A stretch of 64,000 nt of DNA from Phoronis australis (Eukaryota; Animalia; Phoronida), in NCBI GenBank assembly GCA_002633005.1, contig NMRA01000328.1, positions 123,195 to 187,194 on the forward strand. Reading direction: 5' to 3'. Numbering within the stretch: the stretch's first letter is position 1; each line of letters starts with the position of its first letter. The notes beneath the pieces are model-generated. The model was not told where the DNA came from and ran no database searches. It saw only the letters and a program-made list of their open reading frames with translations. Shown here piece after piece: positions 34,201 to 47,230 of this stretch. The position numbers and the translations under genes are program-made.

Positions 34201-36447
34201 GACTACCTGTCCAAAAAGGTGTGTGCTTGAATCCATTGTGTAAAATTTACCTAATTACCCCAGCTGTAAAGCTCAAGCCTAAGAAAACCAAATAATTATA
34301 TTGTGTGGATTGTAGAGTACTCTGCATTTTCATTCGGCCTGAGAAAACACTGCCTCATTCTTTACTGCTTGCAACGACCACTTCTACAATTTGTTGTTTG
34401 CTCACTTTTTGTCCACAGGTCAACAATTAAATAATAATTCAACCATTGTTGCTTCAAACTGGGACAACCTTGTGTTATTGTTGCATACCTGAATTTGGGA
34501 CATGTTTATCCGACATTTTCAATTCATTATTTCTGACAGGGGTACATTCTCCAGTCTAGTAGTCTGCAAATGAGTTCCCGACATTTAATTTATTAATATA
34601 GTTATTCATTAGAATGAGCAACGCCTCATGGTATAAAGAAAACAGTTAGGAAATAATGGTTCCTGAAATGTTCTATAGCTTGTAACATATTTCAAAAAAT
34701 GCACTCAAATTACACCAGTTCTTGTGGCGTTGCTGACTCAAAATATGAATCAAACATGTGGGTTTTATATGATTAATCGATTCCTTTTGTTGGCAATTCA
34801 TTCACAAGCAGAAGTTAAGTTAGCCTATAAAGAAAGATCTGAGGCCAGACTAGTTTACTAACACATTGAGAGGCACTCAGTTGAAACTAATTCTATGTAA
34901 AGACTTGTATTGTTTTGTCATAACATATTTTCACACTAAACAAGGCTTAACAAAAGGTGCGTATTAGAGGTCTACCCCCAACAATGCCTTAGCAGTAAGT
35001 CTATAGTTTTGAGCAAGGCTCTGAAAAGCTAGGATAGAATTACAAAGTTATTTTCTGAAACCACACAGCAGGTTTTGCACTTGAGTATTTTGCTTTGGAT
35101 GGCTGTTTGGTCAATATTTCTGCAAATGTCCGAAATGACGGGTCATCATGCTTTTTTTGAAAGTTGTGACCCTAAGTTGGTGCACCAAGCCCAAATACCC
35201 TGGCTTGTCTAAATATGCCTTTCTTCTTAAATTTCATTCACCATTGGGAACAAAAAATGTGAAGATTTTTCACATCAGTTGTTCTGAATAAGAAAAGTAT
35301 TAATAGCGCATTATCAAGCGTAAAAATCATGTTTAGTGAAGTGTTGAAAGGGTGATATTATTATACAACTGAACCCTAAGAAATGCCTATTTTTATATGT
35401 GAACAATTTTGGTTAAAACAGGAGGACCCACTTTAAAATTCCAGGGCTGACCTTTCCCCTGATAAAGTCAAAATGTTATCAAGAATAATGTCATCTTTCC
35501 CAGTTTAACACTTGTTTCATCCACCTAGCGCACTTAAAGCCAGAAAGTTGGCTGGTCATAGTGACCACATTCAGTTGTGAAGCCTACTCAGAATTTTTTA
35601 CTTCAAGGTTTGTTATGGCTATCCTCAACAGTTATTATAAATGGGTTGGAAAAAGTTGGCCTCAGGTTTCAGTCTTTTCCCATCGGCTGGTGAGAAATTA
35701 GAGAGCAGCAGAACTTTTAGCAGCAGCCTTAACCTTTCTCCAATCAAATTTTATTGCAAGTTTAACCTTTTTCATGTATGCAAGAAACATTTTCGTCTGT
35801 ATCTTGTCATTTTATACTTCCTCATCAAGACAGCCACTGGGAATCGCCAGCTTACATAAAAAGCACAAACACCAATTGCCTTCTAAAAACACTTGCAAAC
35901 TGGACAAGCTTGAATAATCACCACTGGCAAGATAAACCAAGGTAAGAAGCACACAACCTTATTCAGACTTGACCTATAGTTTTCAAGCTTTTTCAGCCTA
36001 CCTTATTCAACTTCGTGGTACACAAACAAGTCATGGTATACGTTCAGTTTTGCCTGGTGACGGATTTTGATGAAGACAGTAACCTTGAGGTGTGTTACTG
36101 ACTAGCAATGTTATTCAAGCTTGTTATCTAATATTGAAAAGGGTGTCTGGTTAACAAGGTTATTCAAATTTTTTTGGCTTGCCTGATTTACCTTACTCAT
36201 CTTTCCAACCTAACAGAAGTAACACAAGGAAATTTAAACTTGGGGAAAAATCAAATAAAGTGACGTACTACAAAGTTTGACCAAACTTGGTCAAATTTAG
36301 CTATGTACTTACCATTATCAAACTCAGCAAACATAATGTTATGTTGTGTTCACAACTCATCTTGTCAGAAATTTTAAAACAATTTCCTCTCTCATCACCC
36401 ATGATCACACCTCACTCTCTCTCTCTGCAAATTATTTACACTCTCAC

Positions 36448-36607
36448 CTATACAGCAAAGAGCGATAAAAGTCTGAGCATGACGTTTCATTGTTTCCTGT
36501 CGCTCTTTGTTGATTGGAAGTCTCGTTAAGATCTGTTCTAAAAAGTCGTTAGGAGTGATTGCTGAAAGGTCCCACTTTAGTTTCTGTAGCACAAGAATTT
36601 CCCATTC
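36448..36607 (-). CDS. CCND: Cyclin D, exon 3
   Basis: ttttgtag| ... |gtgaga, 160 nt. Reads EWEILVLQKLKWDLSAITPNDFLEQILTRLPINKERQETMKRHAQTFIALCCI. Confidence 0.97.
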
Positions 36608-37746
36608 CTACAAAAGAAAGACAAATGCCACTAAAAATCAAAAATACAAATAAAGAAATAATAGCACTTTATGATGTAAATTTTTCAGTTATGTCCACGG
36701 TCATTCAAAACTCGAGCCCAAACTCAGGTAAACCATCGCATCACACATAAAACGAGCCTGACATTTAATTGAACTTCATAAAAGATTACGACACAATCAT
36801 TAACCTTTCTTCTGCGTAATACTGGCATTCTTTTAAAATTGAAAATAAATTTGATCCAACTGTTTAGTCATTCCAAACATTTCGAAAAGGAGAGCGGACC
36901 ACACTTGGTGACATGAGGTAAGATAGGTAACAAGTTGGTCACTGGGGTGAGGCTTTGTTCCCATGCCATCCCTGCAGGGATATTGCTGGGAATTAGGCTA
37001 GCAAGGCAGAAAAGTATGAAAAACAGTGATGTAATATAGTGTAAGTGAGTGCATTAGACCATACCAGTGTAGGCAGCCAGAATGAGCCAGGGACCACTTT
37101 TCACAGATCACAAACTGAGCTATGACTCATCACTCAGCAGCCCTCATGATAGTTCCGTGAAAGAATGCGGTGGATGAATACAGACAATTGTACAACCTCA
37201 ACACTTGAGAGGAATTTACATGTCATAACCAGACACATAAACTAGTCCTGGTTAGTATCACTTGAACAACACTCCCACACCTTCCAACAAGTGTTTTCAA
37301 ACTTTTTATTGGGCAAACGAACTCCCATGACCAGTGAACCAAATTTGCCTGTTGCAAAATGAAAGTGCTGAATGCATGACAAAACAAAAGTTTACATTTT
37401 AATAAATCTCTACCCAGTGTTCGTGTGGGAGGGGGTGTAACTTGTGAAATTCATTTCCAATTGTTTTCTCCCGAATCTATGCAATATTTGTCTACCCAAT
37501 ATCACCTCTGCACCAAGCCAATGACAACTCAATGAACACTGCAACAAAGAGATCATACTACATACTTTAACCAAAATATAGATATCCTGTGATGTTTCAG
37601 AAAAAAATTAAAAATTAAAACACACTAACAGGTAATGACAAAATGCACAAACCATTTTCCTAACACATGTTAAATATTATGCAGTACTTTTGCATAAAAC
37701 AGAACCCACACAGATAAAAATGCGAGCAAAAATGTCGTAGTTATAC

Positions 37747-37962
37747 CAGTAAATCTTGGAATTCGATGGAACTGTCTGTGTATATCACAAGCTTTTCCGC
37801 TTGAAGAGGCATAGTTTCTTTTAACTTTGAAGCAAGGAACATGCAAACAGCACCAAGCAGTTGCAACTGATTTTTACGGATATCCACAACGGATAAAAAT
37901 CTGTCCATATAGTTCATGGCGAGTGGAAAGACTTCTTCTTCACATCTTTGTTCCTCACAAAC
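37747..37962 (-). CDS. CCND: Cyclin D, exon 2 (cyclin box)
   Basis: tttttag| ... |gtataa, 216 nt. Reads [72 protein letters not shown]. Missing from the ORF track; translated by hand. Confidence 0.97.
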
Positions 37963-38190
37963 CTAAAAATGTGGTGAAATGAGAAATATTACAAGACCAG
38001 CCTAACTCATGACAAGACTTTTACTAACAACGCTTGCACCGACAAAATAAAACAAACAACGCAAAACAGTTCTCAATCAGATCTTAGTTAATAAATAATA
38101 CTTTTGAAAAACCTGTATTCCCACAATCGACAAAATTTCTGACCGACTTACCCTGGAAATAGCAACAGACCTAACCGTGACCCGTAAAAA

Positions 38191-38216
38191 TTTCGCGCGC
38201 TCCTCTCAGGCGCAAA
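38191..38216. promoter_or_regulatory. Candidate E2F-type sites in cyclin D intron 1
   Basis: TTTCGCGC at 38191-38198 and GGCGCAAA at 38209-38216, within a CpG-retaining region. Confidence 0.35.
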
Positions 38217-39034
38217 TACACAAACGCCGACGCCAACATAAACTAAATTCATAAAAACTTAACAACACGAGTAACAAACATAAAATGCTGAAAAATGTAA
38301 ACTATGATTATCATATTAGGCTCCCATATATTTTTTTATGCACATTTCGCTGTAAAAAGAGTTAATTGCGTCTGTGGAATTACGGCGCGCTCCGAAATCT
38401 GAAGAACTGCACAGCCATTTTGCAAGGTACACGTCTCAAATGCAAAATTGCACTTTTATTCTTGCAAAATAAGCAAAAATGCATACTAAATTTATGATCT
38501 GGGATACTATGTGTACACTTTGAAGCATATTTGGATACAGTGTATATACAAAAGAAGGCTTTAAAACATTTGTTTTAGTCAAAGCGCACGATTTAAATGA
38601 ACTTAAAAAATAACGCGTTGCATATCAACAATTCCTCGTACTCAATGGCAGATTTTAATATTTTCAATTGGAAATCACGTAAAATAAGTCAAATGTTAGA
38701 AATATAAAAAATTACTTTCTAATAAGCAGTAAATATGTTAGAGCCCCATATTGCAGTGGCCTAAATACCACTTATCACGACAAAGCACAAACATGGCCGA
38801 CAACGTGGAAATTGATCACGAAATAAATGTTATAAAAATACCACACAATTTCCAGATCGTAATCGTGTGTACATGGATTGAAGGCTACAATAACCATAGT
38901 CGTTCTAAATCTAAAAAAAATAAAAATCGAATTGAAGTTGATTTCCGAACTCAAATTTAATGTCAACGAAATTCATCGACAACGAACGTCACGACATCCA
39001 GGACATTTTTGTGCGAGGTCGACATCAGACTCAC

Positions 39035-39247
39035 CTCCAACATCCAAGATGCGACCATTTTCCTCATGAATTCCTTAATATCTGTTTGCACACATTTGAA
39101 ATACGTGGGCGAGGGAAGATACCTTTCCTCAGCTTTCAACATATTTTTCAAAACTCTGTGGTCTTTCAACAAAACGCGATCCAGCACGGCTCTTTTGATC
39201 GAGCCCACGACGTCAAACTCGCCTGCCTCACAACACATCAAATTCAT
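39035..39247 (-). CDS. CCND: Cyclin D, exon 1 coding part
   Basis: accATG start. Reads MNLMCCE (LxCxE Rb-binding)...RVLKNMLKAEERYLPSPTYFKCVQTDIKEFMRKMVASWMLE|gtgagt. The spliced CDS is 861 nt = 286 aa, with consistent phases. Confidence 0.97.
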
Positions 39248-39310
39248 GGTGAACCACTTGTTGATTGTAGACTACAACAACGACTTGGTTACTACAGATC
39301 GACTGAGGAA

Positions 39311-39418
39311 CTACGAAAACAAAAGGTTTTGCGTTTGGCCGGAGATGATCTTGGTGACAAAATTTCGCAACTTGTTCCCCTGTCTGTCGCAGTCCGGCCA
39401 ACAATTTCTAGACGACAT
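39311..39418 (-). other. Candidate upstream ORF (35 aa) in the cyclin D 5' region
   Basis: ATG at 39418 and TAG at 39313-39311, in the same frame as the main ATG. Reads MSSRNCWPDCDRQGNKLRNFVTKIISGQTQNLLFS. Confidence 0.4.
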
Positions 39419-40239
39419 GGGCTAAATATCAAATCAACGTGAGGCTCTCCATGAAAACTCTTGCGCGCGGTCCAATGTCAAAAAGCCACCCAAAACCATG
39501 TTTTAATCAAAAAGTAGATATTTCCCCAAAAAATTACAATTATTAACAATATTTATTCAACAACATTCAAAAACAAAGACAATGTGATTTTTCATTTGAA
39601 AACAACAAACACTGATGAGAGGCACTCTTCAAGGACCTCATGAAGCTCAATGGGAGACTCCACCCTCTGCAACGTCATTGGTCCAGCTCACGACACACAA
39701 AGCTTTTATAGCGATTTTACAGTAAATAAACTTTAAAATAATAGTTTTTTGTCTTAGTTTCCGATCGCTATGTGTTGAAACGACTACCGTGAGTTCAATT
39801 TTTCAGTTGTCTGAAAATCTTTGAATGAAAATTTCATACAAAATGAACTTCTTTCATAGATACTATGTTTCTTTCCTTTCGTCTCGGTAAAGATCGGGGA
39901 AAGGCCACGTGACTTATATTTGTCAAACACGATTGGATTTATTTGCAGTTGGGTTTGCAGTACAGGGGTTTTCAGTTCGCAGTTTGCGTTTGGATTTAAC
40001 TTTGCATTTGCACCGAATGGGACACTGTCAAGAAGACAAATATAAGTGAAATATTTCGTCGAACGCAGTCTGCAAATTTCACGAAACAAGTTACTTCAAC
40101 AAACGCAGAATTGAGTGAATAAATTTTCAGAGAAATTGGTATATGTGCAAATGAAAAAATTGTCAAGCCAAAATCTGAAGTTGCTGATTCTCCCGTTGCT
40201 ATGACCGCTCCGCTTCCTTTATGAAACGAGGCAACGTAT

Positions 40240-40350
40240 ATATTTGCATAAAAACATTGTTTCTCGCCTCCATAAGTTGCTGAGACGGTGGTCTATTTAT
40301 AGTATGTAAAAGGAGTGGCGAACAAGAAGTCTTATCCAATCACGTCACAG
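40240..40350 (-). promoter_or_regulatory. Candidate cyclin D core promoter cluster
   Basis: Minus-strand TATAAATA (CTATTTATAG at 40293-40302, also a MEF2-type site), CCAAT at 40336-40340 adjacent to CACGTCA (CRE/ATF-like), and octamer ATTTGCAT at 40242-40249. An alternative TATAAAAG lies at 39710-39703. The TSS is not determinable. Confidence 0.4.
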
Positions 40351-41236
40351 ACCAGTTTTATGAATGGGTACGTAGTGCGAGCACTGGCGCTGTTGTACTA
40401 GAACAAAGAGGACGGCAAACCACAACTGCCCTATACAGACCGAGAGATGAAATAATAAGAAAAGTAGACGAGCTAAAAGATAATAATATTATAACTACTC
40501 GACGATCGTTCTAACCAGCTTGTAGTTTACTTGAACTCAACAATTTCCATAACCATACTCCGAATCACGTTTAACGTACAGCTTCATATATAATTAAATA
40601 CAAGTGAGGAATGTCCAGCTGGGACCTGGTCCCGTAAAGGTAACCAGTTGACAAACCAAGATGCAATGAAGTAGACGACAAATCATTTTTGAATACTTTG
40701 GAATTCAGTGTGGCCTATTTTATCAATAGCTATTTATCAACAAAAACAATGGACTTTGCGAACCCTGGGGAAATCGCTACCTTAATTGGCATTTATATGT
40801 CGGGATTTGCATCGTTTTGTTTACGGTCTGGAATTCGATGAAATAATTCTGATTAGGTTGCCAATCAGAAATCGCCCATATCGGTAGCTACCCACTTTAA
40901 CACTAGCGCAAACACGAAAACTCGGCAACACGTTTTCAAGTTTATCTCGAATAAGTTTGTTCGATTCGACATCTAAAACAAATACGGGGGCCATACGCGG
41001 GCAATTTACTCAGGGTCTCTTTTGAACTACATGAATAAGGGTTAACAATATGTCAAAGCCGTGCAAAAAAGAACGCGTTATTTAAGTGGCCGATACACAT
41101 TGATTAATGGGAAATTGTTGAACCGTAGACAAGAGAACTATAAGCACTAGATCAACTAGTAAAATTCCTTTTTTGAAGTTGAAATGGGGTTGAAATCTAC
41201 ACTACAAACTGTGACCTGGTGCCAAAACAACTTTCT

Positions 41237-41305
41237 CATGGGCGGCGCACCATAGGGGGGAGGGAGGGCTATAGACCCCACTTTTCCAGTGCTGCGCCGC
41301 CGATG
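41237..41305. mobile_element. Micro-MITE (69 bp) with CATGGGCGGCGCA termini
   Basis: 13-bp TIR CATGGGCGGCGCA / TGCGCCGCCGATG (1 mismatch), flanked by TTTCT on both sides (41232-36, 41306-10). Confidence 0.65.
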
Positions 41306-42301
41306 TTTCTTCGTAGGCTTTTTTTGCTCCTTTAAAGCAACGCCATGACATTCTTAGGTTGTGTTTTAATTGAAATTAGTCACAATAAAACTCATGAAAA
41401 TTCCTCTGACGGCCATAGTGGTTTTGCGTCTAAAAGCAGTCCATCGCCTGACAATCATTCAACTTTAGCCCTGGAATGCCAGCTCCGATCTCGCGGCCGC
41501 TGAGGTTAAGCTACGCATGCGTGAGAGTTGTTTGCATTCGTTTGTTCCGGTGTGCGTACTTGCTATGGAATTTACTGACATTAAAACTTTTTGCAAAAGG
41601 TAAAAAATTCAATTCATAAGTAATTATCATTTCGCATACCTGACTGGTTTAAAAATATGTGTTAATACTAAAAATCAAGAGTGTTACCAAAATGCGAAAA
41701 ATAACAGCGTGTAATAGTAGCATAAAAAGGAAACGAACCAGAGAGATTATAGAAATGACCAGTTGATTCAAAAGATTTCTACCCTATAAAGACAAAGGTT
41801 TTAGACTATGGATTCCTCACGCTTGCTGTGGATAATTCTGTCAGGCATTCATTTAAAATTATGCATCTTTATATATTATAATTAATTGGGCCTTTGGTGA
41901 AAAATTTCAGAATGCAGTCACATTCACAAAAAATGCGATAAACTGCGCCAAATATCTATCAGAAATTTGTAGATAAAGGTTTTCTGAATAGATAAAAATG
42001 GGCAAACATCTATCAGTCAGCTGTGGGTGGCTCGTCATATTGGTTGCAGCGTAGGACTTTCTATAAAAGTTTAGAAGTAAACTTTTTTCTCAGTTCAGAA
42101 AGTAAATCTTAGTGATCCCGATACCTGTAGTGTGTGTTACCGTAAACAAGAGACACTGGAACACATTTTTACGATTGTTATGTTACTGAAGAAAGTGGAC
42201 TCTGGAAAATTAGAATATTCATAAAAAGAGACAATGTCATTTTTGAACACCTGTTGCATAACTGTCACGGTCAACGTTCAAGAACGAAAAAACGGAAAAA
42301 C

Positions 42302-42375
42302 TGGATTGAAAAGCGGGACTTCAGGATAAAAAGCGGGACAGATGTGGGTCTAAGCCATAACGTAAGGATGAAATG
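42302..42375. repeat. Dispersed repeat fragment; second copy at ~49083-49157
   Basis: Both copies share GGATTGAAAA(A)GCGGGAC...TGGGTCTA...AACGTAAGGATGAAATG. Confidence 0.7.
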
Positions 42376-42666
42376 TTCAATGCATCACATAGACGTAATG
42401 ACAGCGTTTTTTGTCGAAAGGGAGATGTAACACCCAAAAATGCCCGACAGCGTTTTTCGTTTTTTCATAGTTGAAATGGGAAATTGCCACAAAAACCCAT
42501 GGAAACGTACCGTTTTTTTCTTTTTAGTCGAGCGGGAAAAGATGCATGGCTATGTCGCGTCAGTGAAAAATTACAATAGTATATGATTTGGCCGCGCGTC
42601 AAAAAAGCGGAAAATTTAGATGGTGTGGCTGGATGGCGGAAAAATCTGTAGGATGTCAGCAACACG

Positions 42667-42798
42667 CATGGGCGGCGCACCATAAGGTGTCTGGGGGCTA
42701 TCATTTCCGTGCTGCGCCACCCATGTCAGCATGGGCGGTACACCACAGGGGGTTGGGGGTCTATAACCCCCACTTATTTCAGTGTTGCGCCGCCCATG
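42667..42798. mobile_element. Two tandem copies of the same micro-MITE (42667-42725, 42730-42798)
   Basis: Each copy begins CATGGGCGG and ends CGCC(A/G)CCCATG. The interiors resemble the 41237 copy. Confidence 0.7.
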
Positions 42799-43252
42799 AC
42801 AGGAAGAACTGGATTGGGTTTTTAACAAGGTAAACTTTTCATTTTTTAGAATTTTATTTCACGGGTATAGGTAAATACTACAGATAACAGTAGGCCTACG
42901 TCTCAGAAATCAGGCCTAATTTTTCATTTAGGCCTAATGTAACTTCTTTCCGTAAAATATTGCAACATGATTTTAACACGCAAAAAATGTCGGGTTTGTC
43001 GACTAATTTTGCCGAGAAATTGCTGATTGTATGGAACCATACCTCAAGAGTCTCGCTTGATAACCAATAATAACAAAATGAAAATGAAGAAGTGAAATTA
43101 GACTCGATTTGATACCTACAACTCTCGATCAAAACTCAGTCGAGCAGGCAACCGGAAATTCTCAGTGCAAACTCCACTAATACACGAGCGAAAGTTGGCA
43201 TTCTAACGAACTGTCAGTTATTCTCGTTATAGGCGGATTTAGGGGGGGGGGG

Positions 43253-43257
43253 NNNNN
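43253..43257. other. Assembly gap (5 N) within a poly-G run
   Basis: nnnnn flanked by G homopolymer and preceded by ATAGGCGGATTTAGGGG, a MITE-like end similar to 51303. Confidence 0.95.
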
Positions 43258-46200
43258 GGGGGGGGGGGCGTATTTATGGAAAATCTACTTATTTATTATA
43301 TTAGTTTTAGTCACAATCACACTGCATGGCTATGTGTTCACTTGTCCATGCCAAAAAGAGTACCAGGAATTCCAGGCTCCCAAATGTACGCCCTTTATTC
43401 TTTTTTCCACATGTAGGCCCGTGAGGATATTTTTGAAGTCACGATTATAATTTTTCATGATTTGTTGGATTCCTAAAATGAACAGTGTCGGAGAGTTTCG
43501 GTCAAAAATAAGGATTCAGGCTAATCAGATGTTTTAAATGGCGTTTTTAATCCTTATTTTGTATTTAAGAAAATACACGCAATTAGACAAAAACAAATCA
43601 CGACTCATTTGTGACGCATTTTCCTTTTATTGGAGTTTCAAATTATATTGCTGCCACCCCACGCTGGCCCTGTTGTAGAACAGCAAGAGGAAGAACACTC
43701 ATTTAAAGTTTATGGTCATTTCGGCACAAGCAATCTGTGAATTCATCCTTGAGTTAACTAGTTGTCTACCTTCAACAAACATGGCCCTGAAGTAATCGAT
43801 GTTAACGCAAAGAAATCATTCATAACAGTTGTCGCACGGAAAAGGGGCGCCAAGTTCAGTCTTTTCAAAGACAGGTGGTTTGACTCAAAGTCAAACAAGG
43901 TAGATAGCATCGCCCATTGTTCACAAAATCTTGCGTATCTGTCCGCGGGCTACATTGACCACGGTATTTACTCAGTTACAGTGTGGGCACGCGAATAGTT
44001 CAAATGAAAAACAAAGGCCAAATAACAGGCTACACATTCCAGTGCCGAGTATACATCCCACGTTTATTAAACCGCCAAGTATTATAGTCAGGTGAGGTTC
44101 CTTCAATGGCCACAAGATAATTTTTATTCAAATTGTGGTAAGACGTTACGCACGACTGATGACTGACGACACGCGAGCAGGTGCAAAAATGAAAGACATA
44201 AATTTCAGTTTATACGTCTTGATAGCAAAGATCAGGGACGACAATCTTTATTGGTTTACTGAAACTTAGGCGCGTGTCGAAAAGGCCGGGGTATCGTTTG
44301 ATGAAAGCTAAACAATAAATTCTTGTCAACCACAAAATGACGGATTCAGGATGACTGGATCCCCGATTAAGGTGTCCAAAAGCCCAAAATACAACGGACG
44401 GAACCTATGTGTGTTGAACTTGGCTAGTTACATGAAACAATTGAAAGTTTGATAGTTTACGGCTCTGCATGGGTTTCAATGCAAACCACGGTGACAGACA
44501 GGCTGTGGTGGTGATCATTAGCCCGGCTCATGGGAAAACTTTTCCTAACCGATCTAATTATTTTCTACGTTCACAAGTGATTTTGTCAACCACAATTTCT
44601 TACAACCCAGTCCTTTCATCTCCCGTCGTTGATACCTTTGTGAGACGGTAATCCATCCTTATCCAGCCCTGGGTTTACATGGTGATTACGGGGTTTATCG
44701 TCTCACGGTTTACGACCATGATCACACTAACATATCAATAATGAAGATTTCTCATCGGAGGAACAGGAAATTGGATCTTCCAGAAAATATGAAGATTTAT
44801 ACTGTCAACCAGAACATTTCATTACTATTTTATTATTTTTGTTATTATTATTGTTGTTGTTGTTGCTGTGATTATTATTAATTTTACAACTGTTTTAGAA
44901 CCAAAGCGTTAGCTAGTACTTCTACAACTTGTGCTACCGCTGTTCCTGTTACTACCCCCGTCGCCACGGTTCCTTTTACTGCCCCGCCGCGCTGCTCCCC
45001 CGCTGCCACTGTTCTGTTACTGCCTCCGCCGCCTCTGCTCCTACTGCTACTCCGCTGCGGCAATGATAGTGCCTTGAGCCAATCTAGCAACTTGGATTTT
45101 AAATCGAATAAATGACCGTTTTCTTTAACAATTATTAAATCTGCAGAAAGTGCCAAAAATCAATTGCATACGTCTTTTGCGATCATTTCTTGTAGCAGTG
45201 CGATGTGCAGAATCCCCATCCCCGAAAAATTAACTTCCGTTGAAACTAACCAGAAGTACTAATTGTCGTTATTATTTTGTGAACGAAATGACTGTTTCAT
45301 GTTTATTATCCTACGAAAAGTCCATAATGCCACCTCCCGCAATGCCTCAAGTAACCTCATTCGAAATAGCGGTGCAAACTGCCGACTTATTAAAGACCCC
45401 GCGCCCCCCCTCCCCTCCACCCTTCATGTAGTAAGGCGTGTTGCACTCAGTGGACTGACGCGGCTATATGTTCGCTGGGTTCTCGACGCCAAAGGCATTA
45501 CACGTGGCAAACCATAAGGAATCTACGTATAAGTCGAGTAAAAATAAAAGAAGCCCTGACAATAAGCCATAGAATCCACACAATACACCAGACGACGGAC
45601 CCGGGTACCTGGTTGCATTAATGGGGCACAAAAGCGGTTCTTAGACCCAACAATCACGGGGGTGCTTGGACAGAGTGCCGATGAATTATAGGGCTCCACA
45701 GGGGACATTTAGTAGAGTTAATGAGCCGAAAGGGTATGCTTGGCTGTTTAAATACATCGCATCCTTACGGACAGGGTATCACGTATTCCGGAAGCAGGTC
45801 TGGAACGAAAATAAAATTGGAAGATAGACTCCATGTTGATGGTCTGACTAGCCACGTACGTCCTATCCAAAAATACGAATGACGTTCGGACATTAAAACC
45901 AGCGGAAAATGTGACCACTTTATCTGAGGATCTTAATGAAATAGCTTTTTAGCCTGGGCACCAACTTTTTACTGTGCATTTACAAAAAAAGGTTACAAAA
46001 TAAGAAAGAGAGTCTCGAATTTGATAATCTGTTTCAGAAATTTTAAATGTAGGAAATCATCTTGACTGAATTCGCCTGTAGAAAGATGAAATGCCGGGAA
46101 CGTTTACTGAATGGCAATTCCTCAAATAATACAAGCAATGATGTCCCAGAAAAAAAGAACTTTAATAAAAATCAAAAGAAACAGTTTAATTACAGTATTT

Positions 46201-46818
46201 ACAGAACGGCAACTATGAAAAATGTTCTTTTCAAGTGCTAGAATAAAAAACAATGTACAAAAGTGTCAGCCGTGGCCGGGAAACAGTAGGCCTGTAGAAG
46301 GGTGGAGAACAAATAGCGACGAAGACTAGACGGGCGGATTGGACCCGAAAGGGACTTCACTGGGTGGCAGTGCTGAAGACCGAAACACCGATCACAAATT
46401 TTGCACAATTTTCAGCTGGTATTGTATATGGCGCCGGTGGCGCATGCGCTATAGAATGATATTTTTTCTGACATTACAACAGTTAGTAAATATCTAAACA
46501 CGCTAACTGACGTTTTTTGAAGGTGACATCAACGAGAAGATACCTTTCTTGCTAGAGTAGTGCAAAAATCGAAAAATGCTTGTACTACAAATGAACAAGA
46601 AAATGCGAAAAGTCTACGGAATTATTTACGACAAAAAGCAATCTTTCACCTCAATACAAACATTGAAACTCAATGTAAACCATTTGGCGCTACATTTACT
46701 TGTTGCAGTGTCTTTGTGTTACTATATTTACGCAGGTTCATGTTGCTTCAGTGTAAGCAAAACACCCACTCGCAATCGGACATTACGCAAATGTATTAAC
46801 GGTCTTTGCAGTGCTCAA

Positions 46819-47230
46819 TGCCCGGTTGCATGAAACAGTCCAAAATAGGGACTCAACTAAGGTCCCTAAATTTACTGCGTAATTGTGAACTTGTTCCTTC
46901 TTATGCTCTTTAAGTCTCAATACAAAGTCAATTTTGGGCTTTGATACAAACCAAGATTGAAGTGTACGTTACATTCTCAATATTATTGAAAATAAGTAGG
47001 GATCTCTTCATGCAACGCACCTAATTTAAAGACCAAGTCTGTTATTGTTTTAACTGATTCAGGGCTCAGTTTTAGCTACATTATTAGATGAAAATGTCAT
47101 TAGTCAAACAGGAGCTCATAATGAAGATAAAATGGCAGAAAAATACTACATCCGTGAGTACAGAACGAAACAAATACGCAAATAAAACTTAGCAGAGTCC
47201 CTATTTGGGACTGTTTCATGCAACCGGGCA
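46819..47230. mobile_element. PIF/Harbinger-like MITE (412 bp)
   Basis: 36-bp TIR TGCCCGGTTGCATGAAACAGTCC(A/C)AAATAGGGACTC (1 mismatch) with a 3-bp TSD CAA (46816-18, 47231-33). Confidence 0.88.

Noticed and set aside
38960-39442. Plus-strand ORFs of 160 and 138 aa
   Set aside because: Antisense shadows of cyclin D exon 1 and its 5' region, with no recognisable domain.
38518-39825. TCF/LEF-type CTTTGAA sites near the cyclin D 5' end
   Set aside because: This 7-mer is frequent in AT-rich DNA and shows no clustering above expectation by eye.
44820-45156. Gly/Ala/Val-rich 90-aa ORF and (ATT/GTT)n tract
   Set aside because: Explained by degenerate trinucleotide low-complexity sequence.
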